A stretch of 64,000 nt of DNA from positions 620,001 through 684,000 of the forward strand of contig CBFDEM010000062.1 in the NCBI GenBank assembly GCA_965603825.1. The letters are read 5' to 3'. The notes under the pieces are model-generated. The model worked only from the letters and a program-made list of their open reading frames with translations. It was not told the DNA's origin and made no database searches. Positions 22,798 to 35,022 of this stretch are shown here, piece by piece; positions within the stretch are counted from its first letter, which is position 1; each line of letters opens with the position of its first letter. The position numbers and the translations under genes were made by a program. This DNA is from Blepharisma stoltei ATCC 30299. Its lineage: Eukaryota > Protista > Ciliophora.

Positions 22798-25700
22798 TTA
22801 GCTAAGACCTTTTCTATTTCCAATGCTCTCGACATCATTGTTGCGATCATTGTCCTGGTCAAGACGAGATTCGTCAGCAGGGCTTTGGTTATGCTGTCTT
22901 AGCCCGACTACAGAGTTATCTACGTCCATGCTCTCATCTTTTTGGAACTTCAAGGCATCGTATATTTTACTTCTTGACTTCCCAGCTGCAGGAACCAAGA
23001 AATTCGGATAATATTTTTTCTGGACTATTAAAGTTACTATTCCGATTACCCCCCAACCTATAAAAAGTACAATAAACCAAGCGATATTATTCGAGTCCGC
23101 GGCATTTGAAATTGTTGCAAGCACAGCAATATAAAACACCCCAATAAGTGAAGAAAGCTCCCATAAATTGCATCTTCCATAGTTAAATGGTCTGATTTTA
23201 TAAGTAACGATAGAGAAAAGCAGGATTAGGATTGAAAATAAAATTCCATGAGCTATAGGCTGTGAGCCTTGCAAAGATTTACCTACTGCAATAAGCAGAA
23301 TTTGCACACATGTTTTAAAGAGTAGGAAAAATGGCTTCACCATAAGATTTACACCAGTTTTGGCTTGCTGCCATAGTGGACGAGAAAATACAGCTACAGG
23401 CTGGTAGCATGATAATGCCAGAGCTGACATCACAATATACGGATAATGGCTGCTTGTTCAGCAGTTCATATAGCAATCTCTCCACACAAATGCTTTAGCC
23501 TGAGCTTTATGGTCACACACAAAGACATCAAGTAGCATCGTCATAAAAGGCAAAAACATTGTATTCCCAAAAAACGGCAAATACATGGTATTCACAAGCC
23601 CCATAAATCTCTGGCATAATGGTATTTGTGCAAGCCATTTTTCTGCGTTAGCCATAATAAGCATAATCAAGAAGAACCAGGCATAGCATAAAACTGACAC
23701 CACAATCAGCATAGTCCAATAAGTGCTTTTATTCCCATGGGTCATTTTTAGAACATCAACCATAAAAATATTTGCTGCTGATTCAATGACTGTTTTAAAT
23801 GCTGGGAATGTGGGAGCAATTGCCACAAATTGGAAAAATTCGATAATAATGGTAATGATGACCAAATTGTCTTTCCATGACCTGACGACTGGCTCAGTGA
23901 TTTCTTGGAATTCAAGCTGTTTCCATTTTTTATAAGCAAAATAACTGAGCAGCAAGGTAAGTGCAAATAAAAAGAAACCAATACAGATAACAATAACGAC
24001 ACCGTCCCAATCAATAGATACCATGTTTTCTGCAAACGGGCAGTCATATGAGCTTGACCAATGGTCAGATGGTGGACTTGCGCTTTCTCCGCTGAATACT
24101 ATAGAGACGCCTGCTATATTGGTAAAAACAGTTGGGTTGCTTGGATCATATGTTTGGATAGTCACAATGGAGTTGTCTTGCATATTGACTACAGAAAACC
24201 CAAATCCAGATCTATCATTAGATCCATCAATAAACTTTATAATCCCGCTAACCCCAGTAATATCAGCCGATCTCAGAGCTTTTGTAAGATCAGTGCCTGA
24301 GTTGAAATCTTCTCCATTAGAAATCATTGACTGCACAGTTGTAGCAATTAGATAAATTGCATCATAAGCGTACATCCCATATACCGAATAGCTGGAATTA
24401 TATGCTTTTGTATAACTAGCTTCAAATGAAGCCCCAGTATCGCCAATAGCTCTTCTATAAGCCAATCCAAAAGCGCCATTAATGACAGAATAAATTGTGC
24501 TTGCATCATCTTTATAGTTTGCTGTAATCAATGATGTAAGCTCTGAAGTTAGCCATCTGGGGCCAACCCATGCATAGTCACTACCATAAATTTCTTTTTT
24601 GTGAGCAGTAAGGGCCACTTGCACGCCAATAGTATAAGATCCAATATATACAATAACTTTTATTTGATGCCTGACTATGTTTGATAAAACTTTATCGACA
24701 CTATTTTTTGTTGTTGAGGTCAGGCCTAAATCTGGATTGTAGGTAATTTTTCGCTTGTCTACATCATTTTTCACTGTAATCCCAAGAGTTTTTATATTGC
24801 TCATAAAAGAAGTGTACACATCTATTCCATACTCGTCTCCTGTGTATACAACACCGATTGTTTTTCAGCCTATTTGTTGAATAAATAAGGCAAGAGCAAC
24901 ACCTTCTAGGTCGTCTGCTTCTATTAGTCTCATGAACTGAGGGTAGGTATCAGTGCTTGTTAAATTTGTTCATGTAGATCCATAAGAAATCAGTGGTTTT
25001 GGGTCTGAGGTGCCAGAAATAGCAGAAGAATAAGCAATTGATTCTTCTGTCTTATAAGGGCCAACGTAAGCTAGTATATTAAAGCTCGCCAAGGATTTAA
25101 TATTAGATGCAGCAAGGTCTTTATTCATATAAGTGTCTTTATATTCAACAATAATTTGATAATCACCCATAATACCCTTAGAGTTTACTTCTTTGACTCC
25201 AAGATCAAAACCGTTTTTTATTGCAGTAGCGCCACTATATGTATTTCCGTCTTGGTCATGGGCAGGATAAAGCAAACAAATAGTTAGCAGAGGAATTTTA
25301 TCATTTGGGACTGTCGTTGTAAAACCAGGCCAAGTAATCGAGCTTCCAGAAGTATTGATAGTTCTTGATGAGGAATCCCATTTACCTACATATACCTCTA
25401 AGAAGTTCTGGATGTTGTAAATATAATAGCTCGACACCTTTATCCCATTTTTGTCAACCTTTATGGAATAATCTAGTGTAGGTGTGGAAGGATTTGTTAA
25501 AATGTACTGTGCAATAGCTGCGCCAGAAATCTGGGTCTGCAATAAATCAATACTGAGCACATATTGACTTGCTAACGTAAGAGCAGTAATTATATTTCCA
25601 AGCGGAAAACTTGTCAGATAGGAATCGTCAGAAGCTACAAATCCTATTGCACCAGTTTTCAATATCCCAAAAGTATTCGAATCAAGATCAGCATAAGAAT

Positions 25701-26481
25701 TTTTTGAAACTTCTCCCAAGTCCACCATTGCATCACTGCAAAAAATCCACGCAAATCCTGACCCACCCATAACACTGACGTCAGCAGCTCGTAGAAGCTG
25801 AGCAGCATGTGTGGAATCTGTGCACACTAAAATTACTCTAGCTCCAGAGCTTTGAGTAGTTCCTTGCAATCGCGATATTATGGTAGATCCTGAATTCTGG
25901 TCATCTAAATCAATAACAATTTCATCAAGCAACGACATTGAATTAGCTGTGAGCACTGTTTTAAATGAGCTTGCCCAATTCAGATGAGAGGTATCTTCGT
26001 CATAGGCTAAGCCCAGGTTGGTCCAGCCATAGTTTTTGACTATATCGAAAAAAGCGTAGGCTTCTGTGGCATAGTTTGTTTCGAAAAATAATGTATTGCC
26101 ATTGACATTTTCACCGCCTGCGTTATCAAATGGCCTTTGAATGACTATATGAGCAGAATCAATTTGAACGGCTTGATAGGATAAAAATTGGGTATATTCT
26201 AGTGAGTTTGTGGCATCAATTATCATCTTGACGCCATTATTGACGAAGGCTGCTGGAATTGACCATGCGGATATTCCAGAAGATTCCGTCAAGTCGACGC
26301 TTGCAACTAGAATTTTTAAGGCAAATGGGAGTTGCAACTCATTTTTTATACGGAGTTCTAAGCCTATCCCATTTGTCAAAAGTTCTGCTATAAATTTTGG
26401 GTCTGTGTTAGATGAGTAAACTATGCCAACAGGGAGTTGTAAGCACCGGCAAAAATCAAATAAAAGAAGCAGGAATAACAT
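22798..26481 (-). CDS. Large receptor-like protein: signal peptide, two ANF-receptor / Venus-flytrap domains and about 9 TM helices (1227 aa)
   Basis: One frame via TGA at 24970, 24865 and 23458. Two repeats of the VFT motif (YGWTNLGLAYDED; IG-W-KTIGVVYTGDEYG), plus YAYDAIYL and ITGVSGIIKF...DR, followed by a hydrophobic multi-TM region. Confidence 0.85.
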
Positions 26482-27549
26482 ATTTTATAAATACCTCAGA
26501 ATTTCATCCTTAATGGTTTTTATGTTTGGCAGCTTAATGGCTTATAAATCAATGTATGAGGAATTTGGTTAAATTTTTAAATAGATAATCTTTTTTTTAA
26601 ACTATTTTTGCAAAAGTTAAATTGGCTAGTCTAAAACTCACATATATTGAAAGTGGTTTTTTTATAAACTGGACAATTGCTGATTATAAAAAATAATTAA
26701 TATCATTAGGAAGGAGAAATTATGATTTTTAATTATGATAAACAAATAAATATTCATTTTATTAGTATTTAATTTTCAGAGGAAGATACAAAGAATCTTA
26801 TTGATTAGTTTAATGAAAAATAAGATATCATTAATTATATGAAAATAGAAAATTTTATGCTTTATATTGCAAAGTTATTTTCTAAACTCTTTTTGAAGGA
26901 CTGACTAATTTATCACATTTTTAATTAGGTTTCATTTTTATGGATAGTTAATTTTTATCGCTAACAATTTTTCCATTATTTATTTTTTAGAAATTATCAT
27001 TTTAAGCAAAAGTAGCAAAGCTTAATTTTGTCGATGAAATAAAATTCATATATTATAAATAATTAACTTTCTATAAGCTAATTTTAATAATGGAAAATTA
27101 ATGGAATCTTTAAATACTACATTTGAAAATGAGATTCCTATATTGAGGAATAATGTGACTAAAATTGACCCAGCTGATTGATCGAGCAGATATATCTCCG
27201 AAAATTATTGACTGAAACAATCTGCTTCCAACTCCTGAAGGATCAACCTAAAAAGAATTCTTTATTTGAGTCAGATATAAAGATACCTTATAGAGATTAT
27301 TATAAGAGTAGAACTTGAAATGGTTTATATTAATATAGATGAGAAAAAATTAATTATCAATTATATAAATTCATTTATATTGCCTTTCAGCTTCTTTGAA
27401 CTATAAAAGAAAGAGAATGAAAAAATTAAATAGGCAATTATATTTTGATTTATAAATAAAAGCTGCTAGATATCAATCGAAGCTTTAAGCGTATAATAGA
27501 GCACATAATACTAATTTTAAGTAATAAAAATATCACATCTTGATAATAA

Positions 27550-29598
27550 ATGGCAAAGTCTTCAAAAAAAGCCAAAATTAGAGCTAAAAGAGAAGAAGGA
27601 GAAGTCGCTCAGATTCCTGAATCTTTACAAAATATTTCATTACCAAGAATCATTGATATCGAAACATTCAGAGAAGCTCGCAAAATCGAATTAAATCATT
27701 TTTTGACTGTTTTAAGCCAAAAAGCTGCTGCAGGTGGCAATCTAGGCAGCAAAAAATCCTTCCAATTGCTGCCAAAACACATGAGAAGAAGAGCTATGTC
27801 TCATAACTCCTACAGAGTCCCTGCAAGAATAAGAGTTGCTATCCATAGTGCAGCTGCAATGAAGCAGCCATGCAGAAAGCGGCGAAGACACACAAGGACA
27901 ATGCTACTTGACTATGAAAGAAGGAACAAAAAAGCAATTTGGCTTGAAACTCACATATGGCATGCCAAAAGGATGAAAATGATAGAAAAATGGGGGTATA
28001 AGATAGCGCTTCATCCGAATGATAAAAGTATTAGAGCTGTCTATAGGTTTGCTTCTCATAATTGTGTGGTTTATGATAGGTCTTATTATATCTCATTGAT
28101 ACTGAAAGATAAGAACTTTATTGAAAGCCACGTAAAAGTTGAGAAGAAATGTGGATTTCATAGAGAAGGGAGTATAATGGATGGGGAGAAATTAATATGT
28201 CCTGTTGAGATTATTATGAAGGAAGAGGAATGAGTGATAATTATACACCCTGCTTCATATAAAGAAGTAAAAGAGCTGCTTGAAAAAGAAAATGTTTACC
28301 ATATAGATCTAAAAGATAAGGTTGTGATATATAGCTTTATGGGACCAAAAAGCACAGAGCTATTAGCATCTGTAATGAATATTAAAGAAAGCAATATAAA
28401 TGAAATTATTCAAGATTTAAAACAATTTAAAAATCTTGCATTTCCAAACGGTGCTGCAATAGGGCTAACTTTAATGATGAGCAAAAAGCACCAAAAGATT
28501 CGAACTATGCCAAAGCAGCTGTGCTTAACAGCAGAAACTTCCAACATCATACCTTCTCAACCATCTATAAACATTCTTAAAATGATTGTCAAGTGGAATC
28601 CATCTATAAGCAACACTCCTTTATGGGATACTTTAAAAGGCTCACCTGAGAAATCCCATGTGCCTCAAAAACTGACAACTAGGAATTCTAAGTCTAGGTA
28701 TCCAAAAGTCCCAAAAATCCCAGAAAAGCAAGAAAATCAGCCAATTAAAGAAGCTCCACAAATAGAAGAATCTGAAAAAATGGAAATTGAAGAGGTTGAA
28801 ACAGTAAATAAAGAATCAGTCGAAATGGAAATTGAAGTAGAAATCAGCGAAAATGAGCAATTTGAAGTTAATGGGATTTTAGTTTTCAGGAAAAGTAAAA
28901 TGGCTCGAGGCTTCGCTGAAGGCTGAGATCTAATACTGCCATCAGGCAATGGACCTGAATTCTGAAGGTAAAATATACATAGAACTTGCATCTATTCTGG
29001 GGCCAAAGCTATTGGGCTTAGAGATTATAATGCAATTAAGCTAGAGCAAGCTATTCCATCATATCCAGACGATTTTCCTACCACTTCAGCATACCAAACA
29101 TATGCTCAAGAGCAGGCAAAAATTGACGTGGAGAACTATTTTAAGAGACCTTCTTCTAAACGTGTGAATTTTGAAAGAATTTCAATGCCATTCCCATTTT
29201 ACTCTGATTGATTTGGGATCTTAGGTGTCACATCATATACACAGCTTAAGTTAATACAAATAAAATGCCATAATAGAATCCCACAGCGGCGAGCATTACT
29301 TTGTAAACCTGCCTCTGAAGATTTTATAGACAAAAAAGGCCCAACTTTTCAAGAACCTTTATCAGAAAAGTCAAAATTAAACCATTTGTGGACTGTAGAA
29401 GACTTCGGGAATTTTAAAGCAAATTTGTCAAGGCAAGTCGTAGGGTTTATTACTTCAGGAGGTTTCAGCTTTATCAAAGCAAGGGGATTCGGGATTGGGT
29501 ATATCCAAACAAACTATGACTCAGAAATAACTGACAAAATCCTGTTCAGGAACCCCAAGTCAAGATTTTATCATTTATGTGAAATTAAAAGGCTATAA
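27550..29598 (+). CDS. POP1: RNase P/MRP protein subunit POP1
   Basis: FQLLPKHMRRRAMSHN and WLETHIWHAKRMKM. POPLD motif G-W-DLILP..F-W-RTCIYSGAKAIGLRD, with both W encoded by TGA. Intron 28968..28982; C-terminal VGFITSGGFS. Confidence 0.93.
28968..28982 (+). other. 15-nt spliceosomal intron
   Basis: gtaaaatatacatag; removes an in-frame TAA inside the POPLD motif. Confidence 0.88.
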
Positions 29599-29631
29599 TA
29601 GGATAATTAATCTAAATATTCACAAGCATTT

Positions 29632-30786
29632 ATGTTGCTATCTAATCTAAGAGCTCTCAGATTCTTTTCTCAAGCCAAGCTATTTACTCCTGGCCCTTTA
29701 AGCACCACTATGACTGTAAAACAAGCAATGCTAGTAGATGTCAACAGATCAAGACATATGGTTGAAGTAAATCAATGGCTCGAAAACACCTTACTGAGCA
29801 TTGCTGGCCTATCCCAGCCTAAGTATAGAGTTATTTTCTTGCAAGGTTCTGGGACTTTTACAGTTGAAGGCATGATTGGATCCACTTTTGACAGAACAAA
29901 GCGAGGCAAATCTTTAGTTGTCGCGAATGGTGCATATGGTGAAAGAGTTGCCAAAATCTGCAAAATCGTTGGGATTCCTCATAAGGTGCTCAGATATGAA
30001 GACAACCAAGTAGTCCGCCCAGAAGATGTAGAGAGAGAAATGGACGATGAAGTTACACATGTCTTTTGTGTCCACTCAGAAACAACCTCTGGACTCTTAA
30101 ACCCAATAGTTGACGTTGGGCAAGCTGTCAAAGGCAAGAAAAAAGATGCGATTTATTTAGTAGACGCTGTCAGTAGCTTCGGAGGGGTAGATTTTGATTT
30201 TAAAAAGGCTGGGATTGACTATTTAGCGACTTCTTCTAATAAGTTGCTGCAAGGCGTCCCTGGGTTTGGGATTGTGTTTTGTAATACTGAGCATTTGGAT
30301 ACTTGTGAAGGAAACAGTCATTCTTGGGGAATTGATATTTATTTGAGGTACCAAGAGATGCTGAGGACTGGGGAGCATATCATGCTGACACCTCCATTTC
30401 AGCCGATTTTAGCTTTTAGACAAGCTTTAGAAGAGTTTTTAGCTGAAGGAGGTGTTAAAGCAAGACAGGCTAAATACCAAAGAAATCAAAGAGCCTTACA
30501 AGAAGAAATGAGTAAGAATGGGTTTCAGCTTTATATAAACCCAGCACACCAAGGCTGGATAATAAACACATATTTGCAGCCAAAAGACCCAAGATTTAGC
30601 TTTCAGAAGCTTTATAATTATTTAGCAGACAGAGGAATGCTAATTTATCCAGGAAAAGTCGCAAAAGTTGAATCTTTCCGAATTGGGACAATTGGAGAAC
30701 TTACAGAAGCTGATATGAGACTGTGTGCTAAATACGTCAGAGAAGCTTGTGAAGAAATGGGATTACAATTTCCTTTAAATAACTAA
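29632..30786 (+). CDS. phnW: 2-aminoethylphosphonate:pyruvate transaminase (PhnW/AEPT)-like class V PLP enzyme with mitochondrial-type presequence
   Basis: LFTPGPLST..VKQAML.D, LQGSGT, NGAYGER, VHSETTSG, DAVSSFG, SSNK (PLP Lys), IYPGK and FRIGTIG. Confidence 0.8.
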   Translation: MLLSNLRALRFFSQAKLFTPGPLSTTMTVKQAMLVDVNRSRHMVEVNQWLENTLLSIAGLSQPKYRVIFLQGSGTFTVEGMIGSTFDRTKRGKSLVVANGAYGERVAKICKIVGIPHKVLRYEDNQVVRPEDVEREMDDEVTHVFCVHSETTSGLLNPIVDVGQAVKGKKKDAIYLVDAVSSFGGVDFDFKKAGIDYLATSSNKLLQGVPGFGIVFCNTEHLDTCEGNSHSWGIDIYLRYQEMLRTGEHIMLTPPFQPILAFRQALEEFLAEGGVKARQAKYQRNQRALQEEMSKNGFQLYINPAHQGWIINTYLQPKDPRFSFQKLYNYLADRGMLIYPGKVAKVESFRIGTIGELTEADMRLCAKYVREACEEMGLQFPLNN

Positions 30787-30801
30787 ATCTACATACAATG
30801 A

Positions 30802-31932
30802 TTAAGAATTTAATCCTTGTGATCTGCATCGGGCAAATGATTTTCTAATTCTAAAAGCCCTTGTTTCGGCCTGGCTTTCAATATCGCCCTTTAAATTGCA
30901 TTTCATGAGCTCTTTTGTCAATGTTGAGCTTCTTATGTGTGGCATTCTATTAATTATAGTGTTCATTTTTTCTTTCGCCTGTGGTGTAGCTAATGGAAAA
31001 TTCCTGGGCGAGGAAGGCAAAGATGGTCTCGGAGTTAAGCACGGATGTGAAAAAGTAGCAAGCTTATTCCTTGCTATTTCACGGGCATTATAAGATGATC
31101 TCAAAAGCTGGACTGTAGCACTGGGATAGACCTGCTTTATATCAGAATTCTTTATCCTTGCTACTTTTAGTGTCTCTGAAGTGACTACTACCGAAAATGC
31201 TGAAGGTTTGTCAAAGAGTGCGCTTTCTTCACCAATTCAAGAGCCCTTTTCAAGGGTAGATAAAAATCTTTTGTACTGGCCTTGTTGGAAAAAAATCTTA
31301 CACTCTCCTTCAAGGATAATCAGGATTTTTTCATTAAAAGACCCTTGCTTAGCTATAATTACTCCGCGGCTGTAATACTCGATATCTAGTAAATAGGCAA
31401 GCCTTTCTCTTTGTTGTGCTGGAATTTGAGCGAGACCAGGAATATATTGATCAACGATTTTTCTTTTAGTTTCCATGTTCGCATTGACTTCTTTTCCTAA
31501 AAGAGATTTAAATATTTGAGCTTCTAGGCGAAGAACATACATATGTTCAATAGCAACGGCTGTCAAACTTCTTGGAAGGTCTTTTAAAATTCCTCTTTCT
31601 CCAAGGATGGTGCCTTTGCCTAGGATATTTCCAGGGATCATATCTCCCTTGTCTTTAAGAGTGTGGTTATATAGCTGCAGGGATCCTGACAATATAACGT
31701 ATATGCAATCACTTGGGTCTCCCTTCGAAAATAATACCTCATTTTCTCCGAGTTCCTCAGCTGTAAAGCTATTTAATAAGAGCATTCTATTCGCCATTGT
31801 TAGCCCATCAACCGCACTTTCCAGCGGTTTAAGCTCGCTAAGCAATCGATCTAATTCTTGTAATTCCTCATAAGTTTTCAATTTCTTTTTAATTATGCTG
31901 ATGATTCTTATAATGTCTGCTTCTGAATCCAT
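30802..31932 (-). CDS. Tandem cyclic-nucleotide-binding domain protein
   Basis: LFSKGDPSDCIYVILSG, GERGIL..PRSLTA, and a second CNB domain ending GS-W-IGEE (TGA 31237-31239). Confidence 0.85.
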
Positions 31933-31983
31933 TTTTGATTTGTATGCGTGTTATGCTCTTTCTAATTTATAACTCAAAATAAG

Positions 31984-33370
31984 ATGAATACAAGAAAAAG
32001 CAGATTCCAGGACACTAGCTCTTTGACGAATAATTATAGGAAATCTTGTGATATATGTAAAGCAGTACCAAACACAAAGTAAATTTGACTATAGGTGAGA
32101 AGAAAAAGAAACATATTGGGATCTCAAGAAGAAAAACTTGCAAGATAAAGTGGCAAAGCTGAGGGAAGACCCAAATATATGTGACTGAAGATCGCTTTCT
32201 CCCGGAAAATCAAAAATAGAGGTAAGAGAAAAACAGGTTGATCTTCAAAAATTAAAATATAAAATACAAGAAGCAAGAAATGCGTTAGGGAATAAATTCA
32301 ATAGAGCGACCGCGACTCCTAAAGATGAAAATTTTGCTAAATACACAAAATCAGATTTCGCAAATAGTGACAGTTTCAATGACAATAATGAGCTCATCAA
32401 GCATATTCGGCGCCTTGAGGATCAAATTTACCAGCTTGAAGAAGTAAACAAAACAATAAGAAAATCACTAGATTTCGCTAATGAAGAGCTTTCTAGGCTT
32501 CGTCAAGGAAATTTTTCAAAAGAAGACTCAGAAAAACTGAAAATAATTGAAGCCCAGTGATATGAAGATTCTGCAAAAAAAGAAGCTGCAGAAAAAGAAG
32601 TGCTGCAGCTAAGAAAAGAAATAGAAACCATGAAAGATTTAAATGGATATCTTGAAGAAAAATTAAAAGAAAAAAAAGAATCTGATGAAAGTGTGCTTGT
32701 AACCTTAAAAAATCTATCAAATGTGATTTTATCGAAAAAGAAATGGAATGGGATTGATAGTGATACAAGGGAAAAACTTGATATTTTCTTCGGAGAAAAT
32801 ATGAGCACACTAGTCGACTCTTATGAAGAAAAAGTTAATTTTCTGGAGATGGAGAGAGAAAAGTTTAAAAATGAGGTAAAAGAAACGAAAGATTCACTTA
32901 TAGGAATTCTTGAACAGCTAATTGATACAGATAAAGGTGACCTCAGAATCTTAAGCCAATTGCAAAGAAATGATACTAGAGATGCTTTAATTATGCTTGA
33001 GTCTTCAAAAGATTCAATAGAGGAGAGGATAAATAACTCACGTAATTGGATAAGAGAACTTCAAAAAGAAGAAATTGAGCTTGAGTATGAATCTGAATCG
33101 CCAATACCTAAGAGAAATATTTCACCTGTAAAACCGCGGGAAGATTTTAATTCTTATGAAGAAAATTTCAAAAATATTAATATAAATCAGCTTGAAACAG
33201 AAATTCAGCAGTTGAAGCTTGAAAATGAGGAAATGCAGCAAGTTATTAAAAATATAAAGCCGACTTGTGAGCAGTCTGATTTTATAGCATTTGTTGAATG
33301 CCAAGCAAGTGCTATTGAAGAGCTTTTGAAAGATCCTGAAGCTTTGGAAGAATGGGAAATTGAATTTTAA
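31984..33370 (+). CDS. Coiled-coil protein, unknown function
   Basis: ATG 31984. The 16-nt intron 32079..32094 corrects the frame, and three in-frame TGAs lead into ORF 32600..33370. Confidence 0.75.
32079..32094 (+). other. 16-nt spliceosomal intron
   Basis: gtaaatttgactatag; its length exactly fixes a +1 frame offset, and it has AC at -7/-6. Confidence 0.8.
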
Positions 33371-34000
33371 TTTTAAATTTTTATTTACCTTAATGACATT
33401 TTTCACAGAATTTAATATATGACTGAAATAGAAAAGAATATTTCAGAAAAAAATTCTATAATTACTCAACATAATTCAAACCAAATCTAAACATATTTCT
33501 AAAAGTTAAACTTTAGACATATAACAACAGATTTATTTTCTTTTTGTTTTAGTATATTCTGAAATTATTCGCATCACGATTTGCTATTATTAAAAATTAA
33601 ATTTAAATCCTTGGAATCAAATCCTTCATAACTTATTTATTTCAATTAAATATTTTTTAAATATCCATAATTTGCTTGAATTTCATAACGCATAGTTGAT
33701 TATTCTAAAAATAAAATGGAAAACTAGTCGCCTGATGGCTCCAACAGCCATGAAAAATTTGCCACCCTAAGCATGCTGTCACTTAAAGTAGCTTTTATTT
33801 AAGCTACCCTCTTAAAATTTTGATAGCAATTGCTAATCCTCCTATTAATTGGATTATAGCTTATACACGTTATAATCAGAAAAGATATTAGGGATTTTCT
33901 TCATTTTCTAATAAATATCATATTTTGATTTTTATATGGGCCATTAAAAAAAAGGATCACTATCTATTCAGCTCGAATATGGTGTGACTACCTAATAAAA

Positions 34001-34972
34001 ATGTTTATGTCAGAACAACGATCATCAGAAGAACCGAGGCAAAAAATCTTTGGCTCTAAAGAAGGAAAAGCTAAAAAGAGTCTAAATAAGAAATTCCCTA
34101 AAAAAACAATTTCACCACCAGAGTTCAAGAGTGATCCCTCTTCCCCACTTTCTGGCGGCGACTCAAATAAGGTGCTTCCAATACCTCATGGGGATAATCC
34201 CTACTCCAAAGCCAAACAGGCAGAGTACAAAGACAGAGACTACAAAAAAGCGGAATTTTACTATAAGCAAGCCATAAATCAAGGCGACAGGGTTGAAAGC
34301 GCCGTCAAGGATTTAGCTAGTTTATTGCACCAGCGAGGCAAAACAGCTGAAGCCTGCAAACTTTTAGAAGAAAACCGTGGTTTATTTATGAATAACTACG
34401 AAAAATACCAGAACCTATACAATACCATATACAAGCAGCTGGACGAAACCACAAGTTCTCTTAGCCGGATCCTAAAGGTTTCTGGCCTTGGGAAAGATGA
34501 CTCCTCTCAGAAAGTGACTGGACTCTTCAACAATTCTTCAAGAATCCTAGAGGTTGTGATGGGGCATGAAGAAGAGGATGGCGATATAAATTACTACGCT
34601 TTCCTCCGATTCAACTCGCATTCATCAGCACGTAAAGCTTTGGAGGCCTTCAGGAATTGGACCCGTCATAGAGTGGAATGGGTCACAAAAACTGGGGAAA
34701 TCATAGGAGATGCCCACTATGCCCGTCATAAGATGGAGGAGTACAGAAAAGCCAACCCGACCTTTGATTATATTATTTTTGATCGGGATCCTAAAGGCTA
34801 TGTACTTAGCTTACCAATTGACGGACACAGTGCTAAAATTAAAGAGGAGTTGCCAGAAGGAGAAGTTTCCATAAGAGGGCTTCTTGGGACTGATCTTTAT
34901 GATTCGATTTTCAACTATATTGATCCATCGCCTATTAGCTCTTTACGGGTAGCTGAAGTGCGGGTGAACTAA
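34001..34972 (+). CDS. TDM1/MS5/SDI1-like TPR domain fused to an RRM-like domain
   Basis: GDNPYSKAKQAE..KQAINQGDRVESAVKDLASLLHQRG, then RNP2-like LKVSGL and RNP1-like YYAFLRFNSHSSARKAL. Confidence 0.75.
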   Translation: MFMSEQRSSEEPRQKIFGSKEGKAKKSLNKKFPKKTISPPEFKSDPSSPLSGGDSNKVLPIPHGDNPYSKAKQAEYKDRDYKKAEFYYKQAINQGDRVESAVKDLASLLHQRGKTAEACKLLEENRGLFMNNYEKYQNLYNTIYKQLDETTSSLSRILKVSGLGKDDSSQKVTGLFNNSSRILEVVMGHEEEDGDINYYAFLRFNSHSSARKALEAFRNWTRHRVEWVTKTGEIIGDAHYARHKMEEYRKANPTFDYIIFDRDPKGYVLSLPIDGHSAKIKEELPEGEVSIRGLLGTDLYDSIFNYIDPSPISSLRVAEVRVN

Positions 34973-35022
34973 TATAAATATTTCTTTCAATTAAATCTTT
35001 ATAATTACCATTGTGGAATTAA

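Noticed and set aside
33737-33756. Small hairpin atggct-ccaac-agccat upstream of the TPR-RRM gene
   Set aside because: A 6-bp stem alone is not enough to call a regulatory element
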